Below are positions 1 to 12,342 of a stretch of 60,172 nucleotides of DNA, one piece after another. The notes beneath the pieces were generated by a model, which was not told where the DNA came from, did no database searches, and saw only the letters and a list, made by a program, of their open reading frames with translations. The stretch is taken from the NCBI RefSeq assembly GCF_004010195.1, contig NC_057749.1:24636569-24696740 (forward strand), read 5' to 3'. Origin of the DNA: Chiloscyllium plagiosum (lineage: Eukaryota). A program made the position numbers and the translations under genes. Each line of letters opens with the position of its first letter. Positions within the stretch are counted from its first letter, which is position 1.

Positions 1-158
1 TCCACCCTTCAGGCACTCTGCCTGTATTCCTGATGAAGGGCTTTTGCCCGAAACGTTGATTGTCCTGCTCCTCGGATGCTGCCTGAACTGCTGTGCTTTT
101 CCAGCACCACTCTAGCCCAGAATCTGGTTTCCAGCATCTGCAGTCATTATTTTTACCT
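1..158 (+). mobile_element. Penelope-like (PLE) terminal fragment, family A, with hammerhead core
   Basis: cctgatgaagggcttttgcccgaaacgtt followed by the cctgctcctcggatgctgcc...ccagcatctgcagtc body seen in >10 other copies; cut by the window start. Confidence 0.75.
26..61 (+). ncRNA. Minimal type-I hammerhead ribozyme motif (family A)
   Basis: CTGATGA 30-36, extra A, stem II gggc/gccc with tttt loop, GAAA 50-53, stem III ACGT, predicted cleavage triplet GUU; stem I weak. Confidence 0.65.
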
Positions 159-293
159 ACACTCACCTGCATACACACACACTCATATACACTCTCTCTC
201 ATTCACACCACACACACATCACATACACACTCATACACCACACACACCACATATACACTCATACACCAGACTCACCATACACACACTCATACA
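158..293. repeat. Degenerate (CA)n-rich simple repeat
   Basis: acacac/acactc/catac runs. Confidence 0.9.
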
Positions 294-979
294 TTAGGAA
301 TACGAACAGAGTCTGCGAAAGATAAAGCTTATCAGACAAAAGGATCAGTATCTGGATACTTTTTCAGAAGTAAATAATGGAACAATGACAGTTGTACCGT
401 TGATTTTGAGATCTCAGTTTTATTTGTAAGTTGACTGAGATTCTTCTGTCCTGGTTCCTTACGACTATGGCCGACTGACAGCAAACAGAGAGAGAGACTT
501 TCATCCTCTGTTTACCTGCACTGCAGGGGTGTTTAATGGTTGTTCTCAAACTGCGACCATTACAGTGCACTAGTCCATGCACTAGGACATCAGGTTGCTA
601 ACACGTACACACCAGGATTGGAGCTTGATTTGAACTACTGTGCCTCTATATTCTTGAAAGAGAGAAAATCTGTCTGTTGCACAGATCACTCTCTTTTCTC
701 CCGACTGTTCGGAAATACTCACAGAGGATGTGTATTGTATGTTTGCATGCTGTTTGTATTGCAGTTCTGCCTTTGATTCCTTCAGGTGCAAATTTCCTCT
801 GCAGACAACCACTGGATTTATATCCTTGGCCATTTTTTGGCTTTTTTTTTCAAATAAAGACGTCTCAAATAAAAATTTAATATGTCCACAGGTGATCTGG
901 GGTTATGATGTCCACACCATGGATAGGACAATATCAAGTTATTGCCATATGTATTATTATGAAGATTTAATATTCAGAT

Positions 980-1308
980 GGGCGGCTTGGTGTCTCATTA
1001 GTCAGCACTGCTGCCTCACAGCGCCAGGGACCCGGGTTCGATTCCAGCCTCAGATGACCGTCTGTGTGGAGTTTGCACATTCTCCCCGTGTCTGCATGGG
1101 TTTCCTCCCACAATCCAAAGATGTGCAGGTTAGGGTGGCTTGGCCATGCTAAGTTGCGCATAGTGCACAGGGATGTGTAGGCTAGGTGGGTTAGCCATGG
1201 GAATGCAGGATCACAGGGTGGGAGGGGTCTGGGTCGGATGTTCTTCAGAGGGTTGGTGTGGACGTGATGGGCTGAACGGCCTGCTTCCGTACTGTCGGGG
1301 ATTCTATG
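980..1308 (+). mobile_element. HE1-type tRNA-derived V-SINE
   Basis: tRNA-like head with B box gggttcgattcc, core tgtgtggagtttgcacattctccccgtgtctgc, CR1-like tail. Confidence 0.85.
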
Positions 1309-2061
1309 CAGCGACACATCTTAATGCGGTAGATTCTTTAAATCCCTACGTACGCATATAGATGGTGCAAAACCCGCGACAGAACTGTTTAAAAACAGTT
1401 CGAACCTCTCTCGTTAACAACTATTAAGTTGGAGTTTGAGTGGAGTCCGTATTATGGCGAAGGTAAATAAACAAGACCACCCATTAGAAAGCACACTGCG
1501 CTATCACTCAAGGGGATGTATGCTTGAAAACAGCTCTCTGGAGCATTGTGATCCCACTGCAGGATAAAACATAAAGTCTAATGTTGTCCCTCAGATGAAC
1601 TTCCTCTGGGTTTGAAATGCTTAGCCAACACTAAATCTTCAGTTACTAATGAAAGCTGTGTCCGATTCCCTCCCCCCTCCCCCCCACCCCCACACCATCC
1701 CATTCCTTTGCTGGCTTGTGGTAATATTGAGCACACTAAGGCTTTTGCAGGCAATCCTCGAGTAAGTGGCCACAGATCAGATATAGTTTGCCACAGGGCT
1801 TTGTGCTTTCTGCTGCAGTGGGATGGTAATGGCAGGATTTTCCCCAGAGGGCTGTTTCTGCAGAAAGCAATGATATAGCAGCAAGGCGAACCTATCCACT
1901 TGTAGATGGCGTTCTTAGCTCTTCATCAGTAAATACCACAAATAAACTGACTGAGATATTGGGCAAAAATTATTTTTCAGATTAAGTGTGGAGATAGGTC
2001 TTAAAGCGGGTGGCAGTTTGACTTGGGGGTGCATCATCTTCTCGCATATGATTATATACAG

Positions 2062-2650
2062 AGGCAATGGTACCCAGTGGTACTATCACCGGACGGTTAA
2101 TCCAGAGACAAAAGCTGTGGCGCTGGAAAAGCACAGCCGGTCAGGCAGCATCCAAGGAGCAGGAAAGTCGATGTATCGAGCATCAGCTCTTCATCAGGAA
2201 TGTCCTGAAGAGCTTATGCCTGAAACGTCGTCTCTCCTGCTCCTCGGATGCTGCCTGACAGGCTGTGCTTCTCCAGCACCACACCTTTTGACTCTGACTA
2301 TCCAGCATTTGCAGTCCTCACTTTCTCCTGTTAATCCAGAGACCCAGGTAATGTTCTGGGGACCTCAATTTGAATCCTGCAATGGCGGATGGTGGAATTT
2401 GAATTTAATTTAAGAATTGGAATTAAGGGTCTAAAGATGATCATGAATGGTTTGATGATTGTCAGGAAAAACCCAACTGCTGCACTGACATCCTTTAAGG
2501 AAGGAGACTGTCATCCTTACCTGATGTGGCCTACATGTGACACCAGACCCACAGCAATGTGGCTCACTCCTAACTGCCTTCTGGATAATTAGGGATGGGC
2601 AATAAGTGCTGGCCTAGCAGTGATGCTCACATCCTATGAATGAATAAAGG
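2062..2650 (+). mobile_element. Old tRNA-SINE (SINE-X) with LINE-derived tail, split by a PLE insertion
   Basis: tggcctacatgtgacaccagacccacagcaatgtgg core and tagggatgggcaataagtgctggcc tail; several further copies in the window. Confidence 0.7.
2110..2329. mobile_element. PLE family A fold-back (palindromic) insertion
   Basis: Inverted arms ctggaaaagcacagcc.../...ggctgtgcttctccag; 14-bp TSD gttaatccagagac at 2096-2109 and 2330-2343. Confidence 0.85.
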
Positions 2651-2704
2651 AAGATTCCAAAAGAACGTTACCCATTATGGGACCCAGTTTAAATTGAGGG
2701 GAGT

Positions 2705-2818
2705 CGGGCATTTGTATTGCAACAGTAGTGTCCTTATCTTTGAGCTAGGAGTCCAGGCTTCAGGTCCAACCTGTACCATAGGTGGGCAATACCAAATCAG
2801 ACGGGTTGATTAAAAATG
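2705..2818 (+). mobile_element. Short (~120 bp) tRNA-derived SINE, degenerate
   Basis: Resembles the 13030-13140 copy (gtagtgtcc...ggttgatta). Confidence 0.5.
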
Positions 2819-2907
2819 AGGGGTTTCTGATGGAGATGAAGATAAGTTTCTTTACTTTCAGAGGGTCTTCAGTCTGTGGACCCAAACAGCCAATTCCCTT
2901 CAGGATC

Positions 2908-3110
2908 TTAAAAACAGAAGGTGCTGGAGAAACTCAGCAAGTTCAGCAGCATCTGTGGAGAGAGGAGCAAGAGTTAATGATTTGAGTATGGTATGACTGA
3001 GGTTATCTCCTTCTGAAGAAGAGTCACAGCAGACTGTTTTTCTCTCTCCACAGGCACTGTTGAGTTTCTCCAGCATTCTCTATTTTTATTTCAGATTTCC
3101 AGGTCTGCAG
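2908..3110. mobile_element. PLE family D fold-back, degenerate
   Basis: Inverted arms gctggagaaactcagca / tgttgagtttctccagc; ctgaagaagagtc hammerhead remnant. Confidence 0.6.
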
Positions 3111-3149
3111 GGTGACTACAGTGTGACTTTATGACACCATTTAGACTTC

Positions 3150-3386
3150 TGAAATTAACTCCACAGAGGCCGATGTCCCGTTACCCAGTCCCCCTTTATT
3201 TACAGGTAGAGAGTCCGTGACACTGATCCAGCTCCCTCAGAACCAGCTCTCAGAGTGAACAGAACCTCTGACCCTCCTGTTTATATCTATCAGCCAGGGC
3301 TCCCTGATTGGACCAGGTTAACAGCCCCAATCAGGGAACTCATATTCTATAGGGTCCACCTGGCTGTCCTTGTTACAATCACTATA
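3150..3386 (-). mobile_element. Solo LTR (Gypsy-like)
   Basis: Reverse-complement homologue of 56870-57061; minus-strand TATA-like box and AATAAA; flanks acttc/acctc (4/5 TSD). Confidence 0.6.
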
Positions 3387-3907
3387 ACCTCCTCTATTAA
3401 TAAGTGCAGACTTCAAACTTTATGTTGTTCAGCAACTGTTTTGTTTGATAGCACATATCAGGTCTTACCACATGAACACAGAGGCTACAAGAGCAGATCA
3501 GAGGCTAGGAATACTGTACCTCCCAACTCCCGAACGCCTGTCCATCATTTACAAGGCACAAGTCAGAAGTGTGATAGAATACCAAAGATGATCGTGAATC
3601 CATCCCGAGTTATCTTCAGGATTATATAGTGAGGACTGAAGCAAAATACTTGTTTGATTCACCTCCCATCCCTTCAGTTTTCCACTATTAAATCTTCAGA
3701 CTCACTTTTTATAGGATCAGATCACTTTGTTAACTTGTTTCCTTTTTAAATATTTATAGGAACTCTTAATATCTCTTTTTATTCATATTTCTGGCAAACT
3801 ATCTTTTTCTCTTTACTCTAATTTTTCCCTACTTATTAATTTTTAAACTATTAAAAAAATTCTTTCCACTTGACTTGCCAAGTGACTCCGCACGATGATA
3901 TGCCTTT

Positions 3908-4275
3908 TCATGACTCTATGACTCTGTGACACTTATGACTGTACGAATCTATGACATTATGACACTATGGCAGTATGACTCTATGACATTGTGATGCTAT
4001 AACACAATGACACTATGACTCTATGACATAATGACTCTATGACTATGACACTATGACATTATGACACTATGACTCTGTGAATCTATGACTCTATGACACT
4101 ATAACACAATGACTGTATGACTCTAAGAATCTATGACACGAGCACATTATGAAACGATGACTCTATGAATTTATGATACTATAACACAATGACGTTATGA
4201 CTCTATGACACCATGGCACTAAGACCAGATATTTATATGACACTATGACATGATGATTCTATGACACTATGACAC
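3908..4275 (+). repeat. 8-bp microsatellite (TATGACTC/TATGACAC)n
   Basis: Roughly 45 degenerate units; the unit matches the CR1 3' terminal repeat. Confidence 0.9.
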
Positions 4276-4414
4276 ACTGGCTAAGGCCTTCTACTCTTTG
4301 CCCCTTGTTTGAGGTGTAGTGGCCCTCAGGTTAAGCCCATCTCCCCAGTTGCCCCTCTCTAATGAGAAGACATTCTGGTTATTTTACCAGGAAGACCTCA
4401 ATGATATTCACAGA

Positions 4415-4748
4415 AATCATAGAATCGCTACAGTGTGGAAACAGGCCATTTGGCCCAACAAATCCACACCTATGCTCTGAAAAGCAACCCACCCTGACAC
4501 ATTACCCTATCCTATTACTCTACATTTGCCGCTGACTAATTCACCTAACCTACACAGTCCTGATCACTATGGGGCAATTTAGCATGGCCAATCCACCTAA
4601 GCTGCACATCTTTGGGAGGAAACTGGAGCACCCGGAGGAAATCCACACAGACACGGCGCAAATGTGTAAACTCCACACAGACAGTCGCCCGAGGCTGGAA
4701 TCGAACCCGGGTCTCTGGTGCTGTGAGGCAGCAGTGCTAACCACTGAT
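4415..4748 (-). mobile_element. HE1-type SINE
   Basis: Reverse complement of head, core and tail. Confidence 0.85.
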
Positions 4749-5559
4749 TTTTCCTTCAAAGCCAAAGGTATTCCATCACCCTTACCCACATGATATCATT
4801 TTATTGGGCAGTGCTTAATTAAGTTGTCAACATTAACCTTTTCAAACCTTTACATCCTTATCCAACAGAAACAAGGTACTATTATCTCATTGGCATAGTG
4901 AGGGCATTGAGAGGGTCTTGTTGGCATTAGGTATATGGTAATTCAACTGTAAGCAAAATTAACCAAAAATGATGATGTAAATGTTTTGCTTTTCATTCAG
5001 TCATTTCCAGATGACGTTAAGTTAAACCATCCAATAGAATTTCTGACGAACTATATTTATCCAAAATAATATCTTTAATGCTTCACATTAGAAAAACAAA
5101 ATATATGCTCCTTAAAACTCTTTGCTTGAGCTTTTGGTCACCTATCAAAATTTTTGTTTCTGTGGCTCAAAGGTATAATTAATATTGCTTTTGTGAAGTA
5201 CCATAGGCTGTCTTACTACCTCACATTCACTATGTTAATGCAAATAGTTGTTGTTCTTTCCATTTCAAGATGGCCGACTTGATGAACCTATGGAGGAAAA
5301 TTGCCGCCGGCATATCAAGGGGCTGTGACCTCCTACAGACTTACGGCTCTCCAAGACAGCTCTCCTCTCTCAATTGTGGTCCACTGTTGATGGACCTTCA
5401 ATTTCCCGAACTCAAAACTCTGGAATTCCCACCCTAAACTCCACTAGTGCCTTTACACCACTCCCCCTTATAACCTACTTCTCAGATCAAATGTTTTCTC
5501 ACCTGGCTGAATAGCCCCAAATCTGCAGCTCTGCAGCAGATTTGACCAGGTAAGGGGTC

Positions 5560-7315
5560 CGTGAAGCACCTTAACGAATATTTCTCATCAGTATTTACCA
5601 TGGAGAAAGACATAGGAGCCAGGGAGATAAATAGCGATGTCTTCAAAAGAGTCCATGATATAGAAAAGGAGGTGCTGGAGGTCTTAAAATGCATAAAGGT
5701 AGATAAATGCCCAAGACCTGATCAAATATATCCCAGGACGTATTGGGGAGCTAGGGAGGAAAATGTGGGGCACCTTGCAGAGATACTTGCATCATCTACA
5801 GACACGAGTGAGGCACCAGGAGACTGGAGAGTGGCTATTTAAGAAAGGCTGCAAGAAAACGTTAGGGATCTGTTAGACAGGTGATCCTGGCATCAGTGGT
5901 GGGTAGGTTTTGGAGGGGATTCTGAGAGATAGGATATACATCCATTTGGGAAGGCAAGGTCTAATTGGGGATAGTCAGCATAGCTTTGTGCATGGGAAAT
6001 CATGTCTCACGAACTTGATTGAGATCTTTGAAGAGGTGACCAGGAAGATTGATGAAAGCAGGATGTAGACCTCGTCAAAGGGTGCAGTGCTGGAAAGGCA
6101 CAGCCGGTCAGGCAGCATCCGAGGAGCAGGAGAGTTGACGTTTCAAACATAAGCTCTTTATAACCTCTTCCTGATGAAGAGTTTATGCTCGAAATGACAG
6201 CTCTCCTGCTCCTCGGATGCTGCCTGATGGCTGTGCTATTTCAGCACCACACTCTTCGACTCTGATCTCCAGCATCTGCAGTCCTCACTCTCTCCCTGAA
6301 TGTAGACGTTGTCTACCTAGACTTTAGCAAGGCCTTTGACAACATTCCACCTGGTAGACTGATTAATTTGGTTTGATCACATGGAATACAGGGAGATCCA
6401 TCTATTTGGATAGAGAACTGGCTCAAAGGTAGAAGACAGAGGGTGGCGGTGGAGGATTGTTTTTCAGACTGGAGGCCTGTGACCAGCGGAGTGCCACAAG
6501 GATCGGTGCTGGATCCACTGCTTTTCATCATTTATATAAATAGTTTGGATGTGAACAGAAGGGGTATGGTTAGTAATTTTGTGGATGACACCAAAATTGG
6601 TGGTATGTTGGACAGTGAAGACGGTTATCTAAGAGTATAATGGAAACTTGAATCAACTGCACCAGTGGGCCAAGGAGTGGCAGGTGGAGATTAATTCAGA
6701 TAAATGTGAGGTGTTGTATTTTGGTAAGACAAACCAGGGCAGGACTTACACTCTGTTAATTGGTGAGTGTTGCTGAACAAAGAGGCCAAGTGGTGCAGGT
6801 ATATAGTGCCTTGAGAGTTGCTCCACAGGTGGACAGGATAGTGAAGAAGGCATTTAGCATGTTTGCCTTCATTGGCCCGAGCAATGAGTACAGGAGTTGG
6901 GACATCATGTTACGACTGTACAAGACATTGGTAAGGCCACGTTTGGAGTATAGCATACAATTCTGGCCTCCCTGCTATAGGAAGGCTGTTATGAAACTGG
7001 AAAGGGTGCACAAAGGATTTACAAGGATGTTACCAAAACTGGAAGATTTGAGTTATAAGGGGAGCCTGAATAGGCTGGGATTTTTTCCCCTGGAGCGTAG
7101 CAGGCTGAGGGGTGACCTTATCGAGATTTATAAAATCATGAAGGGCATAGATGAAGTGAATAGCCAAGGTCTTTCCCCAGGGTAGGGGTGTCTAAACTGG
7201 AGATAGGTGAGAGGGTAAAGATTTACAAGGGACCTGAGGGGCAACTTTGACATGCAGAGGGTGCTGCGTGTATGGCCAGAGGAAGTGGTAGATCCTGTAT
7301 GACCCTATGACTCTG
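5560..7315 (+). mobile_element. CR1/HER1-type LINE, 5'-truncated, decayed ORF2 (RT)
   Basis: [64 protein letters not shown] with frameshifts; tatgac tail. Confidence 0.95.
6071..6297. mobile_element. PLE family A fold-back inside the CR1 RT region
   Basis: Inverted arms; TSD atgtagac at 6063-6070 and 6300-6307. Confidence 0.8.
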
Positions 7316-8414
7316 ACGTTGTCTACGAGCATTAAGATGTGACCTCTTTATATGCTACAGTGAAATTTGTTGCTGTTTCTTACTTACTTCTGAAGAGCCA
7401 AGGGATCTCTAATGGTTAAGTCCTGGTACCCTGCGTAGAGAGTGGGATGCAGTCTGTATAATCCAGTGTTGCACATACTGCTATCTTTAGCATGGAGTAA
7501 CTCCAAGCCTTGTCTCAGTGAAGAGAGAGAGAACTCTGTCTATGATTTACTATCCTCAGGTCTGCCAAGCTGGCTTGTTTACAATGGACTGCTCTCCCTC
7601 TTGTGACAGGATTATCTTCAGTGCTTCTGCCCATTGACGTCACCTTGCTCTGTTTGCCTGCACTTATCTGATTGTGGAAAGTTCTGGAATGTTCAGGATT
7701 TATTGCCTGCACTGCAGAAAGAGCCGCTAATAACATTGGTGTGCAGGTGGTGTTCATCACTGAAATCAAAGCGAGTTTCCTTTTTCAAATGAATCCAAAC
7801 AATCATTTCTAACGATTCCTCACAGAAGCTCCAAATGTTGAAACTGAAAATTACTGAATGCTTAGAATCTAATTAACTGTTTCTGGACCATTTGGTCAGG
7901 GCATGGGCTGAAGACTTTGCTTTAATGTTGCTCTTTTACTTCTGTGCTGTGTTCGGAGTGATGCTGAGGGAAGGCCGTTGAGCTCAATTTGAACTTTCAG
8001 TGGATGAGTTTCAAAGGAGTTAAAATTGGACCTAAATTGGCTTCCGAAGAAAGATGAGACAGTGATTGAATTGTGAATTGGCCTTGATATTGTGCAGATT
8101 CCTATTTTTTTCTCCAATTTGGAAAGGTTGCTTGAAATCTGGGTTTGGTAAGAGAGGTTTGTTGGAAGTTCAGAAATCAGGACAGGTATATGGACTTGAG
8201 ACAAATCAGTACAGTTTCAGACCAGGCCTTTGACCTTATCATGGAACCTGGGCAATGAGTAAGAAAGGATCACCCAAAACAAGATGACGTCCGGTGTGAC
8301 ACCTTTAATTTTGGGTTTTTTTCTAAGCGCTTTGAAGACCTGTTAAGGATGCTAGAAATACTCAGCAGATTGAAATCTGAGGAACGAATCCTTGAAAGCG
8401 GAACAGGCCAAGGA

Positions 8415-9460
8415 AGTATGGTTAGTAAGTTTGCAGATGACACCAAAATTGATGGTGTCGCGGACAGTGAAGAAGGCCAACTCAAGAGTATAACAGGATC
8501 TTGATCAGATGGGTCAATGGGCCAAGGAGTGGCAAAGGGAGTTTAATGTAGATAAATGTGAAATGTTGCATTTTGGGAAGGCAAATCAGGGCAGCACTTT
8601 TACACTTAATGGTAGGAGCCTGGATTGTGTTGCAGAACAAAGAGACTTTGAGGTACAGGTGCAAAGATTCTTGAAAGTGGAGTTGCAGGTAGATAGAATA
8701 GTAAAGAAGGCATTTGGTACGCTTGCCTTCATTGGCTAGAGCATTGAGTATAAGAGTTTGGATGTCATGTTACAGCTATACAGACATTGGTAAGGCCACT
8801 TTAGAACACTGCGAGAGTGCAGAAAAGATTTACAATGATGTTGCTAAAACTGAAGGGTTTGAGCCAAAGGGAGAGGCTGAATAGGCTGGGGCTGTCTTCC
8901 CTGGAGAGTCAGAGGCTAAGGGGTGACCTTATAGAGGTTTATAAAATCATGAGGGGCATGGAAACGGTAAGTAGAAAAGATTTGTTTCCTCGGGTGTGGG
9001 AGTCTAAAATTAGAGGGCATAGGTTTAAGGTTAGAGGGGAAAGGTATAAGACAGGCCTGAGGGGTAATTTTTTTCACGGAGAGGATGGTGTGTGTATGGA
9101 GTGAGCTGCCAGAGGAAATGGTGGAGTCTGGTACAATTACAACATTTAAAAGGCATCTGGAGGGTAGGAAGGTAAAAATCACACCACACCAGGCTATCGT
9201 CCAACAGGTTTGTTTGGAGGCACTAGCTTTCAGAGTGTGGCGCTTTGAAAGCTAATGCTTCCAAATAAACCTGTTGGACTATAGCCTGGTGTGGTGTGAT
9301 TTTTAACTTTGTCCACCCCGGTGGCATCTCCAAATCGTGAATAGGAGAGGTTAAGAGGGATATGGACCAAATGCTGGTAAATGGGACGAGGTCAAATTGG
9401 GATGTCTGGTCAGTACTGAGTCGCACTGATGAGTCTGTTTCCATGTTCTGCGACTCTATT
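8415..9460 (+). mobile_element. CR1-type LINE 3' fragment
   Basis: FADDTKI, WQREFNVDKC, RLRGDLIEVYKIMRG, 3' UTR. Confidence 0.95.
9171..9337. mobile_element. PLE family B fold-back inside CR1
   Basis: aaaaatcacaccacaccagg...ccaacaggttt inverted against aaacctgttgg...gtgattttt; gaaagcta half-cores on both strands. Confidence 0.8.
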
Positions 9461-9612
9461 AAAATGTGCCACATCTCGATGGCCGCTCTGGTGGATGAAG
9501 ACTACAGTTAAGCAAGATCTCCCGCGTCCCCTTCTTCAGTTCCTTGGTGGAGCCAGGGGTGGGGACAGAGGTGATGGAAAGACCCCCTTTTTTGAATTTA
9601 ACATCGTGCTCA

Positions 9613-9690
9613 GACCTGTCAGTGGTAGAGGGAGAGTTTCTCTTCTCCTACGACCTGTCAGTGGTAGAGGGAGAGTTTCTCTTCTCCTAC
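9613..9690. repeat. Perfect 39-bp tandem duplication
   Basis: gacctgtcagtggtagagggagagtttctcttctcctac x2. Confidence 0.95.
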
Positions 9691-9714
9691 GTTGACAAAT
9701 AAGTTCTGGAAACA

Positions 9715-10930
9715 TCGGAAATGGAAACACAGGGTGTTCAGCCAATCAAGTCTCTTCTGCTCTTCAACTAGATCATGGCTGACCTTCGTGCTCAATTGGA
9801 TTTCCCCATATCTCTTGAAGTCTTGAACATACACAATGACTGGGGTAGTGAACCCCTCAGAGCAGCAAATTCCAGAGACTCACCACCCCCTGAGTGAAAC
9901 CATCCCTCACCTCAGTGTTAAGTGGCCTACCTCTTATTCCGATACCACGTCTCTCGATCCTAGAGCAGCCAGCCAAGAGAAACATCCTTGTCAATCTACA
10001 TGGCAATCCCTGTCATCATTTTGTAAGCTTCAATGAGGTCGCCTCTCATTCTCCAAAACGTTAAAGATTATGGGCCCCGTCTCCTCAAGCTCTCCTAGCA
10101 ACATCGGAACAGGAGTAGGCCATTCAGCCCCTCCAGCTTGCTCCACCACTCAATAAGATCACAGCTGATCTGTGGCCTAACTCCATATCCGCAAAAGATA
10201 ATCCCACCATCCCAAGGATCAGGTTGGTGAAGCTTTCTTGCATTCCCTCTATGGAAAAAGTATTCATCTTCAGGCAAGGAGACCAAAATTACACACAATA
10301 TTCCCAGTGCTCCCTCACCAAGGCTCCATGACTACGGGACCTCTTTACTCCTTAACTCAAACTCTCCTGCAATTTCTGTCAAGATTCCATTTGCCTATCT
10401 GCTTGTTTGTTGTCTCTACACATTAGCTTTCAGTAACTCGTGTATGAGGGCATCCAGGTCCTTTTCAAGATCAACACTTTCCAACCTCTCATCCACTGAG
10501 AATTAGTTTCCGTTTCTGTTTCTCTTACTACAGTGGATCACTTCACATTTCTCTGCATTATATTCCATCTACAAAGATATTGCTCAATCACATTGCCTTT
10601 CTAAATCACCTTGAAATCTCCAGAGTCTGAAAAAAAACACAACTTCCTTTTCATAACTCCATGTTGACTATGTCTAACCCTTCCTGATGAAGGGCTTTTG
10701 CCCGAAACATTGATTTTCCTGCTCCTCAGATACTGCCTGACCTGCTGTGCTTTTCCAGCACCACTCTAATCTTGACTCTAATCTCCAGCTTCTGCAGTAC
10801 CCACTTTCTCCTATGTCTAATCCTACCTTATTTGCTAAGTGTTCAGACATTGCATCCTTTGTTATGATTCTACTGTTGATGTCTGGTTTGTCATTCCCCA
10901 ATTTTATCTCTCCCTCCTTCCTAAATAATT
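9715..10930 (-). mobile_element. Old, fragmented CR1-type LINE pieces
   Basis: aggagtaggccattcagccc 3' UTR and degenerate RT-region similarity. Confidence 0.6.
10678..10810 (+). mobile_element. PLE family A insertion
   Basis: CTGATGA 10684-10690, GAAA 10704-10707; TSD ctatgtctaa at 10668-10677 and 10811-10820. Confidence 0.85.
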
Positions 10931-11084
10931 CTGCTACAGTTTGCTTCCGGAATTCTGGAACTTAGAGCCCAGGAAGTTGAAGGCACCTTACATTATCACG
11001 TTGCTGTTTGTGGGATCTTGCTGTGTGCAACTTGATGGCCATGTTTCCTACATTACTGCTGTGAGTACATTTCAGAAGCAAAAT

Positions 11085-12342
11085 AGTGCCGGAGATCTCA
11101 AGCAAGCACAAGAAGTGCTGAAGCAACTCAGCAGATCTGGCCAATTAGTGGTGAGAGAAAAACAGAATTAAGCTGGGGGTGTGTTGCTAAACAAAGAGAC
11201 CTTGGGGTGCAGGTTCATAGCTCTTTGAAAGTGGAGTCACAGCTGGAGAGGATAGTGAAGAAGGCATTTGGTAGGCTTGCCTTTATTGGTCTGTGCATCG
11301 AATATAGGAGTTGGGAGGTCAACTTTACAGGATATTGGTAAGACCACTTTTGGAATATTGAGCAATTCTGGTCTCCCTGCTATGGGAAGGATGTTGTGAA
11401 ACTTGAAAGGGTTCAGAAAAGGTTTACAAGGATGTTGCCAGGTTTGGAGGGTTTGAACTGTTGATTGGAGGCTGAATAGGCTGGGGCTGTTTTCCCTGGA
11501 GTGTCGGAGGCTGAGGGGTGACCATATAGAGGTTTATAAAATCACAAGGGGCATGGATAGGATAAATAGACAAGGTCTTTTCCCTGGAGTAGGGGAGTCA
11601 AGACTAGAGTGCATAGGTTTAAGGTGACAGGGGAAAGGTTTTAAAGGGATTTAAGGGCCAATGTTTTCATGCAGAGAGTGGTGCGTGTATGGAATGAGCT
11701 GCCAGAGCAAGTGGTGGAGGCTGGTACAATTATAACCTTTAAAAGGCATCTGGATGGGTATATGAATAGGAAAGGGTTAGGGATATGGGCCTGGTGATGG
11801 CAAATGGAACTGGATTAATTTAGGATATCGGGTCAGCACGGACGAGTTGGACCGAAGAGTCTGTTTCTGTGCAGTAAAATAATGAGAGGTAAAGAGTTAA
11901 TGGTAGTGTCTTTTCCCTAGAATGGGGGATTCAAGACTAAGGATCTTAATGTTAAAATGCGAGGAGCGAGGTTTAAAAATACATAAAGGGCAAATTTTCA
12001 CAGAGGGTGGTTTGTCTGTGGAACGAAATTCCTGAGGAAGTGATGGATGTGGTTACAATTACAATTATTAAGAAATATTTGGATAAGTACACGAATAGGA
12101 AATATTTGGAAGGATATGGGCCAGGAGCAGGCAGGTGGGACTAAATTAGTTTGGGATTATGGTCGGCATGGGCTGGTTGGACCGAAGGGTCTGTTCCCAT
12201 GGTGTATAACTCTAAGAATCATCTGAGTCTAGTATGAACTACCAGTTCTGAAAAAGAGTCACATGGACTCAAAACATTTTTTCTCTCTCCACTGATGCTG
12301 CCAGACCTGTTGAGTTTCCTTGCACTTTCTGTGTTCGTTTCA
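11085..12342. mobile_element. PLE family D fold-back (11085-11171 and 12220-12342) split by CR1
   Basis: aactcagcagatctggc arm against gccagacctgttgagtt arm; agttctgaaaaagagtcacatggactcaaaac decayed hammerhead. Confidence 0.6.
11172..12215 (+). mobile_element. Two tandem CR1 3' fragments (11172-11875 and 11880-12215)
   Basis: ORF2 C-terminus and 3' UTR occur twice. Confidence 0.9.

Noticed and set aside
1382..1401. Perfect 9-bp inverted repeat gaactgttt/aaacagttc
   Set aside because: An isolated short hairpin is plausible by chance in 60 kb, and there is no supporting context
5561..7185. Functional reverse transcriptase gene
   Set aside because: Split across frames, 5'-truncated and interrupted by a PLE insertion
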